Positions 38,144 to 52,239 of a stretch of DNA of 60,000 nt are shown here, in pieces (the first letter of the stretch is position 1; every line of letters begins with the position of its first letter). Source of the stretch: Lytechinus pictus (Eukaryota); the NCBI RefSeq assembly GCF_037042905.1, contig NC_087251.1, forward strand, positions 34,908,001-34,968,000, in the 5' to 3' direction. The notes beneath the pieces were generated by a model. That model did not search any database. It worked only from the letters and a program-made list of their open reading frames with translations, and was not told where the DNA came from. The translations under genes were made by a program, and so were the position numbers.

Positions 38144-39867
38144 TCCATGTTAACCAGAGTAACATGTACACAAGCCCGGCCCAGGACCAAACGGTGGTGG
38201 TGGTGGTGGGGGAGACTGGGGGAGGGGGGGTGCGAGGGGTGCGAGGGGGCACATTATCGAAGATCATACTACTATATGGTGTAAGTGTCACTCTCATAAT
38301 TTTTGCGCAACTGCATCCTAAAATGGCGTAGTTTTAATCCAAATTTCCCTAGAGAATTCCAAATCGTGAGCCGGGGAATCGATCGATATGATACCCAAAA
38401 TGGCACAAATATCCACATCTAATTATATTATAATTATAATGTAAACAACAGGCTTACAGATCTAAAAGAGCTCAAATAAATCATTTAAAACAATTTCGTA
38501 ATCAACCAGCATTTATTACGAGTAAAGAATAGCAAATGCATAATTTTACCCCTAAATGGCGCGACTTTTGACAGAAGAGCGGTCGCCGATGCATAAATGG
38601 TGCCCCAAAGTACCACACTTTCCAACAACAAAAAATGATGAAAGCGCCGCGTGCTGGTAAAGGCACTATTTTGGCGGTCACTCGCTTTTACCGTTATGAA
38701 GTAGTGGTGGATTTTCGCTTGATAATGATGGACTTATCCAGATTATTAATCTAAGAAAAAAATGGATAAGTCCCTTCTTTTGGAATCAAGGATCAATTGT
38801 ATATTTTTATTTTTTAGCGCTGACGATGACCTTCTAGTAAACTGAACTGATAATAATGTCTCTTGAATCTATTTCTGACAATAAATCACATTTAACAGCG
38901 AGCCAAGTTCATATGAGGTCACTTCGAAATAGGACCTACAAGGTTAAAGGTCAGTTAAGGATTCGCCAACCCTCGTAACCGAAACAGATGACAATGATGG
39001 AGGCGTGTTGAATGAACACAAACCAGTCACCCTTTCATAGTAGCCCCGGATAGTAGCGTTGCTATGGTTATCGAATAGCTTACTTTGCCATACATGGCAA
39101 CATACTTCATATCCTCCTCCCCTCTCTCCTCTCTCTCCCCCCTTCACTCCCTCTCTTCTCTTTCGCGAAGTGTTATTGTTTTGTCTACGGTGTCCCCGAA
39201 CGAGCCACTAGACATTATCAACGGTGAGGCGTAATGCAATCATGTAATTTTACCCCAACTATTTCAAACTCTGCATGCCGTACAAGTTTACGACGACTTA
39301 CCAAATATGGAATCCCATTATTTACAATTTTTACAACCGGGCCGACCCCCCCCCCCTCAGAATAAATGATTGGCTGCTTCGACATTAACGATAAAATTAT
39401 ACGAGAAATTTTCTCGTCTGAGTCTTAATTGATACCTTCGCAGAAAGAGAAAGCCAGTGTGTATGTGTGTGTGTGGGGGGGGGGGGGAGGTGTGTGAGAG
39501 AGAGAGAGAGAGGGGGGGGGGGGTATAGAATAAATTGCATGCTCAGTACAAGTTTACTTTGGCGGCATCATTATACCATATAGGAGAAATAATTTATAGC
39601 GACCTGCCGGAGAGGTTAATGGTCGTGGCAGAATCTAGGGGGTCAAAGTTACAGCAAACTATATTAACTTTCACCGATAACAGATGATGCTTTAGGCCTC
39701 AGTGTGTATTTGGTTTACCTAATTGATCTCTAATCCATGAGGCATTACAGGTTTGAACGGCAGTTTTGAATGACAATAAATAACATGATGTCATTGTATT
39801 ATTATAGAAACTAATCACATGATCATTAAGACATCTTCACCGTTTGCATCAACACTAAAGTGGTAAT

Positions 39868-39909
39868 CATCATTATTATGACATCATCCTCATCTACATG
39901 ATCATCGCC

Positions 39910-39941
<32 letters not shown>

Positions 39942-39990
39942 CATACTCATCTACATGATCATCGCCATCGTCATTACCATCATCATCATC

Positions 39991-40022
<32 letters not shown>

Positions 40023-40145
40023 CATCATACTCATCACCATCATCATCATCATCATCATCGTCATCGTCATAATCCTCCTCCCTCCCCCTTCTCAATCCTC
40101 TTCCCCTTCCACCTCCTCATCTTCAACGTCATCATCACCGTCATC
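39868..40145. repeat. (TCA)n microsatellite with an internal duplication
   Basis: catcatcat runs; the block ctcatctacatgatcatcgccatc occurs twice (~39889, ~39946). Confidence 0.95.
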
Positions 40146-40489
40146 GTTCACCGGCTTGATCAATACTATCAGCTAAACCATACTCTCGCTTCCATAGCCT
40201 AAAGAGAAAGATATCGAAGTCCATGTTAGATCTATAAATTGACTGAGTCCCTTGCTTTAGGTCTAATTTTCTTGTCTACAGAAGCTCGATTGTGAAAGTG
40301 GTTTATTCGACAGTATTTCACTCTCCATTAGCCATGTCATTGATATTTACCGAAATAAGCAATGCGTGACGAATGTTATAAACCACAGCAAAATAATATT
40401 ACTGCTCCCTCCGATCTCGCTTTCCACTTCCTCTTCGAACTTAAAGGGAATAATCAAACAATAATAATATCAGTGACATAAATATATAA

Positions 40490-40664
40490 TGGTAATAATG
40501 ATGATATTGATTACAATGATAATAGTAATGATGATGATGATGATAATAATGTAATAATAATAATAATAATAATAATAATGATGATGATAATAATAATAAA
40601 AATAATGATAATGATAATAATGTTAATAATAATAATAATGATAATGTTTATAATAATAATAATG

Positions 40665-40700
<36 letters not shown>

Positions 40701-40895
40701 TTAATAATAATAATAATAACAATGGTAATAATGATGATGATGATTATGATAATGATAATAATAGTACTAATGATAATGATAATGATGATAATAATAATAA
40801 TGATATTAATTACAATGATAATGATAATAATAATTTTTATAATAAAAAATGACAATAATAGTAATCATTTCAAATATAATAATAATGATGATGGT
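40490..40895. repeat. (TAA/TGA)n microsatellite
   Basis: taataataatgat runs; source of the poly-I/M pseudo-ORFs. Confidence 0.95.
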
Positions 40896-41392
40896 AACTA
40901 TTTTCTTCCTTTCACATTATTCTAACTTTTATAACAAGTAATATTTTCTTTCCACACCATAATAACTATTATTAGAAACTATTACTCAAACTATTATCCC
41001 ATGAGATAATCAACTTTTGAAGCTTTTTGTAAAATAAAACGTACTAAACTCTACCTAAAAGGGTTGTTATAAAATCACAATATAATAATAACGGAATTTA
41101 CAAAGAAATGAATCATCAGCGGCAAAGCAAATCTATGACAAAGTCATTTGCGTCAACTATGATTTACTTATCGCTTCTTATTACAAATTTAAATTATATT
41201 AATGACGCACAAAGTCTGAAAACTGCTTATCGGGATTATATTTCTCTTAGATCTTGATGAAGATGAGTATGCTATTTTTATAACAGAATACTTACGTAAG
41301 TTGTTGTCGAAGCCTACATAAAGATTTAAGTGTGGTCAATACGTAAATGTCATTTGTATTTTTTTTTAGCATATTCGTTCAATATGCCTTAC

Positions 41393-41935
41393 AGGACAAG
41401 TCCACCCAACAAACAGTTTATTTGAATAAAAAGAGAAAAATCTGATGGGCATAACACTGAGCATTTCATCAAAATCGGATGTGAAATAAAAAAGTTATTA
41501 CAGTATATGGACATCCCGGTTGGTATTTATCTTTCTTTTGTATTTTATTATATGAAATATGAAATATTCAAATTTTCTCCTCATTGTCCTGTGAAACAAG
41601 GTTTTATTTCACCCTGAACTTGTGGAAATACCATTGTTTAACATTATGGTTCAGTCAAATTGGTCCTTATATTGTCAAATCTGTAAAAATGGAAAAATTG
41701 TATAATTCAAACAATACAAAAAAAGAGTGAGAGATTGACATCATGGATTCTCTCATTTGCAAGTGACTAAATTGTGCATATAACATGTATAAGTATTTTG
41801 TGAAAAATAAGCGAAACTTTAAAATGTCATAACTTTCTTATTTTACATCCATTTTGATGAAATTTTCAACATTATGCTTGTCTGATTTTTCTCTATTGAT
41901 TCAAATCAACATTTTTTCTGAGGTGGACTTGGCCT
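41393..41935. mobile_element. Second copy of the TTAA-flanked palindromic MITE family of 35231-35820
   Basis: ttac|AGGACAAGTCCACCC ... GGTGGACTTGGCCT|TTAA; internal sequence is colinear with the 35.2-kb copy. Confidence 0.88.
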
Positions 41936-44900
41936 TTAAGTTTGTCTTTATTGTTTTTTTTATATTCAGATTGTTCAATGTGGAAGTATCTACGAAAAGG
42001 GTATAGAGCAAATTTTTTGTCTTCCTAAGGTAAAGGATTTTTTTTTTCATTTTCATGTGGGATACGTAGATCTATAGGTAAAGGGAATTATATTTCAATA
42101 TTACCCTTGAAAATTAATAGGTCATATAGCCTACGCATATGATACAGGCCCCAAGACTATTAATGATTTAAACGGCTATTAATGCACAAAATAATATTAA
42201 AATACCGTTTCTGTATTTGAAATAACTTGATGGAGATGAGTACACAATGTTGTTTTTTTAACCTAATTTAGCGCTTACTTTGCCAGCCCCTTATCTATTT
42301 TACAAATTAAAAGGGTGAAAAAATGGTTATAATGGTACTACCGAACGTCACATTAAGAACAAAAATCATATATCATTCAATTTTGAGTTAACATGAATAT
42401 ATATAAAGTAAAAGAAGAGTTTTCAACCTCTTTTTGTTAGTAATAGTAAACCGGTAAAAAACGGTAAGTTGTTTTGAATGGCATTGAAAAAATATCAAAT
42501 GGTTGTGGGCGACAGCAAAAATATTCGTGCTGATATGCACTGATTTATAGGAAAATCTTATCTCACGAAATAAGGTTAAATGAAATTCCACAGAACCTTT
42601 AAGGAATGAATTTTCTAAAGCCCTCCCATTTTCAGTTTCAGATTGAGTAAGCGGTGGTTGCTTGTAACATATGTGTTACAGCAGGGGTGACAAGAGTCAC
42701 ACCATTTCGATGTGAGTGCCACCATACCTGACATATCCCACGGTCTTTATCGCAGCATGCGCGCGTTCAACTCGGGTTCAAGTCCGTTTGAACGCGAGGA
42801 AACGCAGAGAGTGCCCTACCTCCGAGCACCATGGCAACGCGCATAAAAGTTTTTGACGGATGTGCGACGGTCGTCTGCAAGATGTCTGCTATAAGGTGAG
42901 ATGACGGGAAGGGGAGAGACGGCGGGAAAAAAGGCTTTGAAACGAACAGCTGCTTTGCCAGTCACTTGAATACCTCTTCTTACATGCATCCTTACCATGC
43001 TTACGATGAAAAGTAATGGTTATGAAAGAAATATGAAAGAAGAATGGAAAAATCAGTTCGTATGAATAAATAAAAGGAGACATAAATAAAAGGATACATT
43101 GTAGAAAAACATTTCCTCGAAATAAGACTGGGATTTATTCGATTGGATGCTAAATACATGCGAACCTCCAATACATACAACATGTTGAGGTAATACATGC
43201 ATATACAATGATTATAATAGTGACAATATGTCAGTTCTGTTTGGAGTTACTTCTATTTTCATCCACGCGAATGATGTAGTCTCTCGTGAAATAAACTGTT
43301 GAACTTTATCAATATCCTTACTGATCCTGTGAACTTTAACATTTTCACGTCTATGAATTCTGGCCCATCAAATATTAAAATTTCTTCTGACGAGTTACGA
43401 CTATACTTTACTTCAACAACGAGGTATAAGCGACAGGGTAATACATTTATTTTGTTGATTATGCTTCTATGATATAGAAGTATAATCAATAACAGAACTA
43501 TAGTTTTATTTTACCCTCTTTTACCTGTTCCGAAGGCATATAGCTGATCATGCAATAAGAAAAAAGCACCTAACTCTCTCATTTTGGTTTCATTTCAACA
43601 TGTCCCCATTGCCTTTCTCTTCTAACATGTATAACGGGCGGGTCGCAAGAAACTTGCAGTCATTATTGCAAGGCAGTGTTGGGTCAAAATCATTTTGCTA
43701 TATACAGTATATAGTTACAATTGATATATCAATTGTATCTTTGCATCAGAAATCTGCGTTTGATCGCAAATATTTTGTTGCAACACCAACTAATTCTCCT
43801 CATTAGGCCTATCTGCTGATCAGAGTCATGGAATGTGGTTTAGAGCGAGGGTTTCGGGACCCGCCCCTTCCATAAGGAGATTCATACGAAAATAAAGCTA
43901 ACTTTTGAGCAGATTGGTGTGATACTCGTTTCTAATTAAAACCAAATTTTAGACAAAGGGAACCACTTTCAAACCATAGTTATCGGGCTCACTTATTTTT
44001 ATCATTCTCTTCACTTTCTTTACACTTGTCCCATTTCCTCCTTCATTATGTCCTGTTATTCTTATGTAGCTCTTCTGCCTCCTCGTAAATGATCTACACT
44101 TTTCCTCAATATATTTTGTTTTCATAAAATAATGTAATCAAACATCATAACGTTCCAGGGAGTCATTTGAACGAATGTGCGAAAGAAACGGCAATAAATT
44201 TGAACATAGCTGCCAAAGATTCAACCTTAATATATCCCTGGTGGTTTATTTTGTTTATTTGCTTTAACTTTAAGAGCATGTCATAAATAAAGACATGGAA
44301 CTATAAATGAAAGATGTGAGCGGTCATAAATCTCGATTTAATGTTTTGACAGATGAAGACGATTTTCTTACATTATCAAAGAGGCGTTTGAGATATCTGA
44401 AACTATTGAATTAAGTTCTATACATGTATTTAAATCACTTTTAGATTTGTAATGTCAATACATGCATTACCATCATTTTAGTAGCCTATGTGATAAGAAG
44501 AATGTTGTGATTATTCATCTTTCATATTTTAACCAAATAAGAAGGAGTTGATAACGATGGTAATAAAATACGACATGCAGGCAGTTGAATGAGAATCGTG
44601 CATGACAGAAAAGTAATTTCCCCGCTCTAAATGTCATAAAGCTGGGAAGAGTAATGTGATGGGTGAGGGTCTATTTTCTCTTAAATCTTCAGATCATTTG
44701 TGATACTGTAGGTGTGGGTGAGTCGGTGAGATGCATCTAATGATCTCTCGAGCCCTGTCAATGCCTGCATGACCCACCCCCACCACCAAGCTTCGAGTCC
44801 TCCGTTTTTCACAGAGCCCCCGGCAGTTCCCCCTCCCCCATCCTACAGTTTCCTCTACCAACTCTTTATAACCCCTGTTCCATCGCCTCGAAAGGCTCGC

Positions 44901-45495
44901 CTACATGCCCGGCAAAATTAAGAGCCCTCCAAAATGGCGATCGTCAATAATGCAAACTTTTTACAGTGTTTGCAGAGCACTTCTTATGTGGCTGCATCGC
45001 TCCCTCTGTATTAATTTCTTTCTCTGGTAGTTACCTCATATCCGTTGCAGCGAAAATCAATTACCAGATATTGCGGAGAAGCTATCAAAATCACCATGAT
45101 CTTTTTGTATCTACATGCATTCGTATCCCGGATTTGTATATGTATCCTAAGTTCTGAACTGCTACCATTCGTTGTGATATATACCATGAATGGAAATAGG
45201 AGTAACAAAAGTAATATCGGGAATGATGTTGAGCCTTGATGAACACCTAGCCGGTTATATAGTTTTAGCACGGTGCTAGTGTTTAAAAAAGGTTATGGTT
45301 TGCAAAGGCTTAAGTCGGATGGAGGGAGACAAGTCGTGATAAATGAGGGTGTTTACGACAAGTCCATAAAAAAGCTCAGAGATAAGAATAAATAGAGGAA
45401 TAATTCACTGTACACAATATTCTTATGGGAGACTATAACACAGACGACATGGGGGAATACATGTATTTCTACTTCCATGGTATAATCAGTATGTA

Positions 45496-45753
45496 CAATC
45501 TAAAAAATATTGGGTAAAAATGCTCCATGAGGGTAATTATGTGTCCAACCAACATTGGGCATTTCTGTTGGTCATTTGTACTTATCCAGTGTGATGAAAA
45601 TTCTGCCCATTCTAAAGAAATGGCTGCTTAACCTTACTGGGCAATATGCTTACCGGCTTGGTAAAATACTGCCCCAAATTGGTTGGAAAAACACCCGGGT
45701 ACACATAATTACCCCCATGCTGGTTAACATTTTACCCAATATTTTTTACAGTG
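45496..45753. mobile_element. TA-flanked CACT...AGTG-type palindromic MITE
   Basis: ta|caatctaaaaaatattgggtaaaaatg..gggtaattatgtgt / acacataattaccc..cattttacccaatattttttacagtg|ta. Confidence 0.8.
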
Positions 45754-46329
45754 TAGGCCTATAAGCCTTAATGTTGCAATATTCAAATAAATTGTTATAA
45801 GCTCAAATAGTAAGGAAGAAGTAGGCGGGGCTGGGTTGATTTTCGGTAAAGATCAAACAAGAATCTTCAAAATTCTGTAATTCTCTCCAAAACCTGAATA
45901 AATTCCTATCATAATTATATTAATTTTGTCAAAACAATGGAAGTGCTTGAGCCTGTGTAAGAGTGGTAACTTATTTCCATTTACTTCAGATGCAAGCAGT
46001 GACGGTGAATTTATTTTTGCAAGGGGGAGGCAGAGGATTAATGTTCCCGATCTGTTTTGAGATGTGGAAGGAAAATTATCGATGTCATGCGAGTGAGCAA
46101 AGCGAGCAAGCTAATTTTTTTCACGAAATAATAGTAAGGCTAATCACTCATGGCTTGTAAAATACCATGGGAAATGGAGACAGTTGGTCTAAATTTTCAT
46201 TTTGTTTTTAACTTAATAAATACATATTTATCTTTAAATTCGAGAGGTGATGCCCCCCAGAAAAATTAAGGGTGATTCCCCTAGAAGATTGCAGTTTGAA
46301 TGGTATGTAGAGGCTTTTGTACTTTCAGT

Positions 46330-46915
46330 CGAAGCCTTGTATGAAGCTGAGATCCAAGCTGGAGCAATGTATAAAGAAGAATAGATGGGGGTTCATGTTT
46401 CACAGGAGAATATTCAGGAATGTGATCTCTCCTTCCCTCTCCTTCCTCTATCATGAATGTTATCGAGAAGAATACCGAAGCTCATTCATGCAGCGCCATC
46501 ATGTTTATGTTGAGAGTTGATGACCTTCTGCTGTGCCGTGATGTTTACTGGAGATACTTTCATCCATCAAGGCTCGAATCGAGATAAAACATGAGATAGG
46601 TAAAAGCTCATCTTCTGTGGCTTCTCTATAACATGTATAATATGCTACATTCACACCGACGAAATCGAATCCAAACCGACCGATTGTATCCCATTGGGTA
46701 TAACGTAATAACTTTGGTCTGTCCGGAGTCGGCGCCACCAGTGTGACCGTGACATTAGTACGTAAGTACGGTGGGCAGGGGTAGTCTGCTGTGCAATCCC
46801 TTCACTCGAGTAAAGGGTCTGAATTGCAGCCTATTCATGCCTTGTGTACTGAAGGCCCAACAGCAAGTTTTGTACGTGCTAGTCTTTGCGTGGAGACACA
46901 CTTGTTGATCAAAGT
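46330..46915 (-). pseudogene. Highly decayed Ty3/Gypsy-type integrase remnant
   Basis: Minus-strand fragments in order: INKC..RLART..(W)..GMN, then CTA..C, then PTPDRP..QWDTIG..FDFVGVN.VAYYTCYRE..SISSKHHG. These resemble the Gypsy integrase pattern GI.K..RAR..WPGM..C..C..PDRPW..VG.DLF.F.G...VDYYS.Y.E..SIFSRHG, with frameshifts and stops. Confidence 0.5.
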
Positions 46916-47240
46916 TTCAATCAGGGTCTGTGCCTGCAGACTAGGACAGGGGCGTCGCTATCTTTAGATGAGGACACTGGGCAACTCCTTGGTACCCCCC
47001 CCCCCATTTTACTGCCTAAATAGTTCGTCTTCCCACCAGAAGAAGCTGTGTTTTATTATAAATCGTGAAATGAAGCAAAATTTGGGTGTGGTTTTTGTTG
47101 TTGAATACTTAAGTAGCATACTTGATTTTTATTCTGATAAACGAATAATAAAGTGCGTGATGAGTACGTAATATACGTCAGTGAACACTTGTCGATTTAT
47201 ATTAAGCTCTCTTTGTATTAATGCTTGACTCAAGGCATTA

Positions 47241-47500
<260 letters not shown>

Positions 47501-50494
47501 TTTTAACCCCATTATCATCTCATTATGACCACAAACAGTCTTCATTTCTGCTGGAATCTCACATTATATCTTGACTTCGTGTGAGAATCTGATTTGGATA
47601 TGAAAATCACTGCTTCGATAACTCCATTTCCAACGTCAATAATCGGTAGAACTGGGGCTTGATCAATCTTTTTCCAATCAATAATGGCATAATACTGGGA
47701 TTGAAGGAAGTACGTAAAGGGGGGGGGGGGGCTGTGAAGGAGGCAGCGGGGGCAAGGAGAAGGAGGCAGTTCCTCTCCTCCGATATATTGCCATTACTCG
47801 CAAGAGGAAGTCATCCAGCGGCTAAGAGTTTCCTTCGATTTCGGTTGTCAGGGGCAACAGGCAACATGTATCAGGAATGCTTATATACTCGCTTTTACCT
47901 CCTTTTCCATCTGTGTATTCCTCTTGGTGGATATGAACTTTATCCCCATTTCTTCCCCTTTTTCTCCATCATTATCGCCTCTTTTTATTCTTCCCTTTTT
48001 TTCGTCTTCCTTTTATTATCATCATAACCATTGTAAAAATGTGATTTTCTCATTCATTCTCATTTTTTCCTCCTCTCGTTATCCTCATTAAAAATCACGT
48101 TACAATTACAAATATTTTGTGGGGCTTCCTCTCATCTTCTTTCATGTCAATCATGAAGGTTCTGTCTGTGAAGGTACCCCCCCCCCAAAAAAAAAAATCA
48201 CTAACTAAGGAATACAACTTGTTAGTCTTGATAACGGAAATGGAAATGGAATATTATTATACTATGTCTTATAAGCAGAGGCGGATCGGGGATTTCATAA
48301 CTGGTGGGGGGGGGGGGGAATTAATTTTCCCACATTTTCCCACTTTTCCATTTTGTTTGGCTTTTATTTGCAACCCCCAACAAATGTCGAAAAACCCACC
48401 AAAAAGTCCCCTCCTCAAAAACGTTATTACGAATCTGGAGGGGGGGGGGGGGACTTCCTCATATTCTTTATATAGATTACATTAGTGGATTATTCGGGGT
48501 GGACTACTTAGATCACGACGGTGATAAGGATATTACAGTAAAATATGAAGAATGTAAAAATACATTTTGAAAAATTAATACATTTTTATTCCTTGTTATT
48601 CCAATTTAGAACTTTCCATGGTTGTAGGATTGCTTAAAATGAAATTTCGTGGTGCACATCTGGGTCGTGTCTCACAGGAAGTTCGTGATAAACCAAACTT
48701 GATTTCAGGCTAATCGCAACTTCTGTAATGATAATACCACTGAGATGAGATAAAGTGAAGACGAGTTTAATTTCAACCATTTGTATCTTGTAATGCTCTA
48801 TTTCGCTTTCCTAGTAAGTTTATCCCTGTTAATAACTAATCAAATTGTTACTACATACATTGTATTCTTATAATATGAAACCCAGAATGAATCTATGAGT
48901 AAACTACCAACGAGGTTTAGGTCTACTTTGTACCCTCTGTAAAGTAGGTCCAAGAAAAAGTTCGCAGATCGTAGTGCCCCCCCGCCCCCATTTAATCATC
49001 TGCAAGATCTATATTACCAGCGCCGCGGCATGGAACTTTGGCCCCTTGTGCCTATCTCAAAACTGTTGACCGAGTCGTGTAAGTAAACGTTGGTTAAACT
49101 TTAACTCGATAGTATAACTTTAGCCATCATCCGAGTACACAAAAACAGCACTTTAGACGGCCATTAAAAGGACTTGAGCAAATTAATTCACGATAATGAT
49201 TCACCCCCCTTTATACAAGCTCTTTATAGGGTCTGGTTTCAATTCATCTAATACAAGGCTGTCGCCGCGCACATAGCGGTGTGAATTGTTGTGTCGAGGT
49301 GGAATACAAACAACATTATTTTTAAAGTCTATTTTACGAAAGATCGTCACGGTTTATTGTGTTTGGACAAGAGGTTATGTGTTTCCAAACTGTTTTATTT
49401 TGTTCATGAAACCAGCTAAACACCAGGAACTGAATACAAAAATACAAACATAGCACACACTCATGTTTTCAACAGTATAGGCCGATATGCCCAACTATTC
49501 TATTTAGTTATTTTTCCCCTTTGGTGGCCCAAATTCTGATAAGCCTTGCTTCTCCGGGTCACCTTACCATCATTGTATTTTCGCATAATTTTGTTGTCAA
49601 TTTGTTTGTATTGTGTTTGTATTTGATGGTTAAACAATAAGTTGAACTGAATTGAATCATCAAAATTGCAAACAAGCAAAACACTATTTTCTTGGCAGTT
49701 TATTGCATACCTATCAATCCAGCTTATGCTGTGATCTGATAGCAAATTGAATTTGAACCAGAGAAATAAGGGTCAATTATTCTCTGTGGAGTAAAATGAG
49801 CTAGCTAAGAACAAGAACATGATAGAGGGAAACCGGGAGGGAAATTCCCTGCTTTCTTTAGACCATACATGCCATACGAAATAAGCAGATTATAGTAGGA
49901 TACTGCTACATTTTCATCAAGCAGGTTTCATGAGATCAACTTCTCAAGCCTGCATCGTTTGACAAATTGCAAAATGTTACTCCCCTCTTTCAGCTAGTTT
50001 TAGACAGTTACTAATTGCCAGTGCTTCGATTGGCTCTGTTCATATTGCACATCCTTTGCGTGCAGTGATTAAACAAGACAAGTGATTGGGGACGAGCTGC
50101 ATGAGCATCGTCTAAAACCGACATTTTATTTCTTTAGAATTTTCGACCAACAAGATTTTATTGGACTTAACTGTAGTTGTACCCTGAATGGCGCCGACTC
50201 AGGAAAACTGGACGACTAATTAAGAGAATATTGCAATTTGACATTAGTTGAAATGTAGGCTTTATTATCGAATGTTGATCAAGGAGTATAAGAATAGCCG
50301 ATAAAAAATTGTAAATACGAATAAAAATGAAAAAGGGAAAACGAGAGACAGATAAGTCTATTCCGAGTGAAATGATGGTGCATTACCATCAACTGATTCT
50401 TGATATTGTGTAACATAAACGCGTGCGATTGATACTCATTTGATTCTAAAATTATGTACATGATTTGCAGCCCAGACTTTTACGATTAATCTTG

Positions 50495-50600
50495 AATGAT
50501 GATGATAATAATGATAATGATGATGATAATGATGATGCTGCTGCTGCTGATGATGATGATAATAATAATAATGATAATAATAACAATAATAATGATAAAA
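50495..50600. repeat. (GAT/AAT/GCT)n microsatellite
   Basis: gatgatgataataat runs. Confidence 0.9.
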
Positions 50601-51254
50601 ATAAATTTAAAATGTTACGAGGTACTGTTTATCAACAGTTTTTGTAATTTGTAATTCTGATACTGATGTGAATGCAGAAATAAATCAAATCAAACAATTC
50701 AACATCCTAAGTGGCGACGACTGAAACAAACATCACCGAGTTCGTTTGAAATTGGTTTTAGTAGCAATCGATTTTTGTTTAAATTATTGTGTTACGTATA
50801 TATCTTTTAGGATATATACAAGCAAAACTTGCATCATAATATAGGTCTAGAAGATTCCCAATCAATAAAATGCCTTTCCTCTTCGCCGCCCTATTCTTTT
50901 TCCAAAACACCCGAGTTTCCATAATACCACAGATAACATTTTCTGATTTCGTGTTTATTTTTTTAGGACTCCCTTTCCTTTCCAACTCCAATCATTATCA
51001 ACCCCATTAACGAAATGGGGGATTTAAATAGAACAATCCAATTATCTCACCCATATTTTTGTCATGAATATGGAAATGGGATCGATTAGGAAATGCATTT
51101 CCCGCCTTTTTTGTGGGCATCGTGGTTGTGCATAAAAGATATGAGAATGGGATATATATTCTGTATATCGATTCTATATGATGCAGTGGCGAATCCTGAT
51201 GGGGTTGCAAAGGATGCGCCTCCATCACCACTACTACTACTCCTAATCCTAATC

Positions 51255-51389
<135 letters not shown>

Positions 51390-51419
51390 ATACTACTGCT
51401 ACTACTCCTAATCCTAATC

Positions 51420-51466
<47 letters not shown>

Positions 51467-51467
51467 G

Positions 51468-51509
<42 letters not shown>

Positions 51510-51635
51510 ATACTACTACTACTATTACTACTACTACTACTACTACTGCTGCTACTAATACTACTGCTACTACTACTAATACTACTGCTACTACTACTAC
51601 TACTACTGCTACTAATACTACTACTACTACTACTG

Positions 51636-51709
<74 letters not shown>

Positions 51710-51728
51710 GCTACTAATACTACTGCTG

Positions 51729-51782
<54 letters not shown>

Positions 51783-51824
51783 TTACTACTACTACTATTA
51801 CTATTACTACTACTGCTGCTGCTG

Positions 51825-51857
<33 letters not shown>

Positions 51858-51872
51858 ATACTACTACTACTA

Positions 51873-52014
51873 AACTGTAAAAAAAATGAAGTGCTAATTT
51901 AGCACTTGCAGTGCTTGTATAGTGACTGCACTACGAGTGCTGATTTTCCCGTTCAAATTTAAACTAGAAAATCAGCAATCGTAGTGCTAAATTAGCACTT
52001 CATTTTTTACAGTG
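51873..52014. mobile_element. 142-bp TA-flanked palindromic MITE (CACTGTAAAAA family)
   Basis: ta|aactgtaaaaaaaatgaagtgctaatttagcac ... gtgctaaattagcacttcattttttacagtg|ta; inner arms ctacgagtgctgattttc / gaaaatcagcaatcgtag. Confidence 0.88.
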
Positions 52015-52055
52015 TACTACTGCTACTACTACTTTTACTACTACTACTACTACTA

Positions 52056-52097
<42 letters not shown>

Positions 52098-52192
52098 TTA
52101 CTATACTACTACTATTACTATTACTACTACTACTACTATTACTATTACTACTACTACTGCTACTACTACTACTACTACGACTTCTACTACTA

Positions 52193-52239
52193 CACTGTAA
52201 AAAACGAAGTGCTAATTTAGCACTTCATTTTTTACAGTG
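52193..52239. mobile_element. 47-bp minimal version of the same MITE
   Basis: ta|CACTGTAAAAAACGAAGTGCTAATTTAGCACTTCATTTTTTACAGTG|ta, a near-perfect palindrome. Confidence 0.88.

Noticed and set aside
39868..40145. (TCA)n array as a giant NOVA YCAY site
   Set aside because: It lies ~16 kb beyond the proposed poly(A) site, there is no sign it is transcribed, and it is an ordinary microsatellite.
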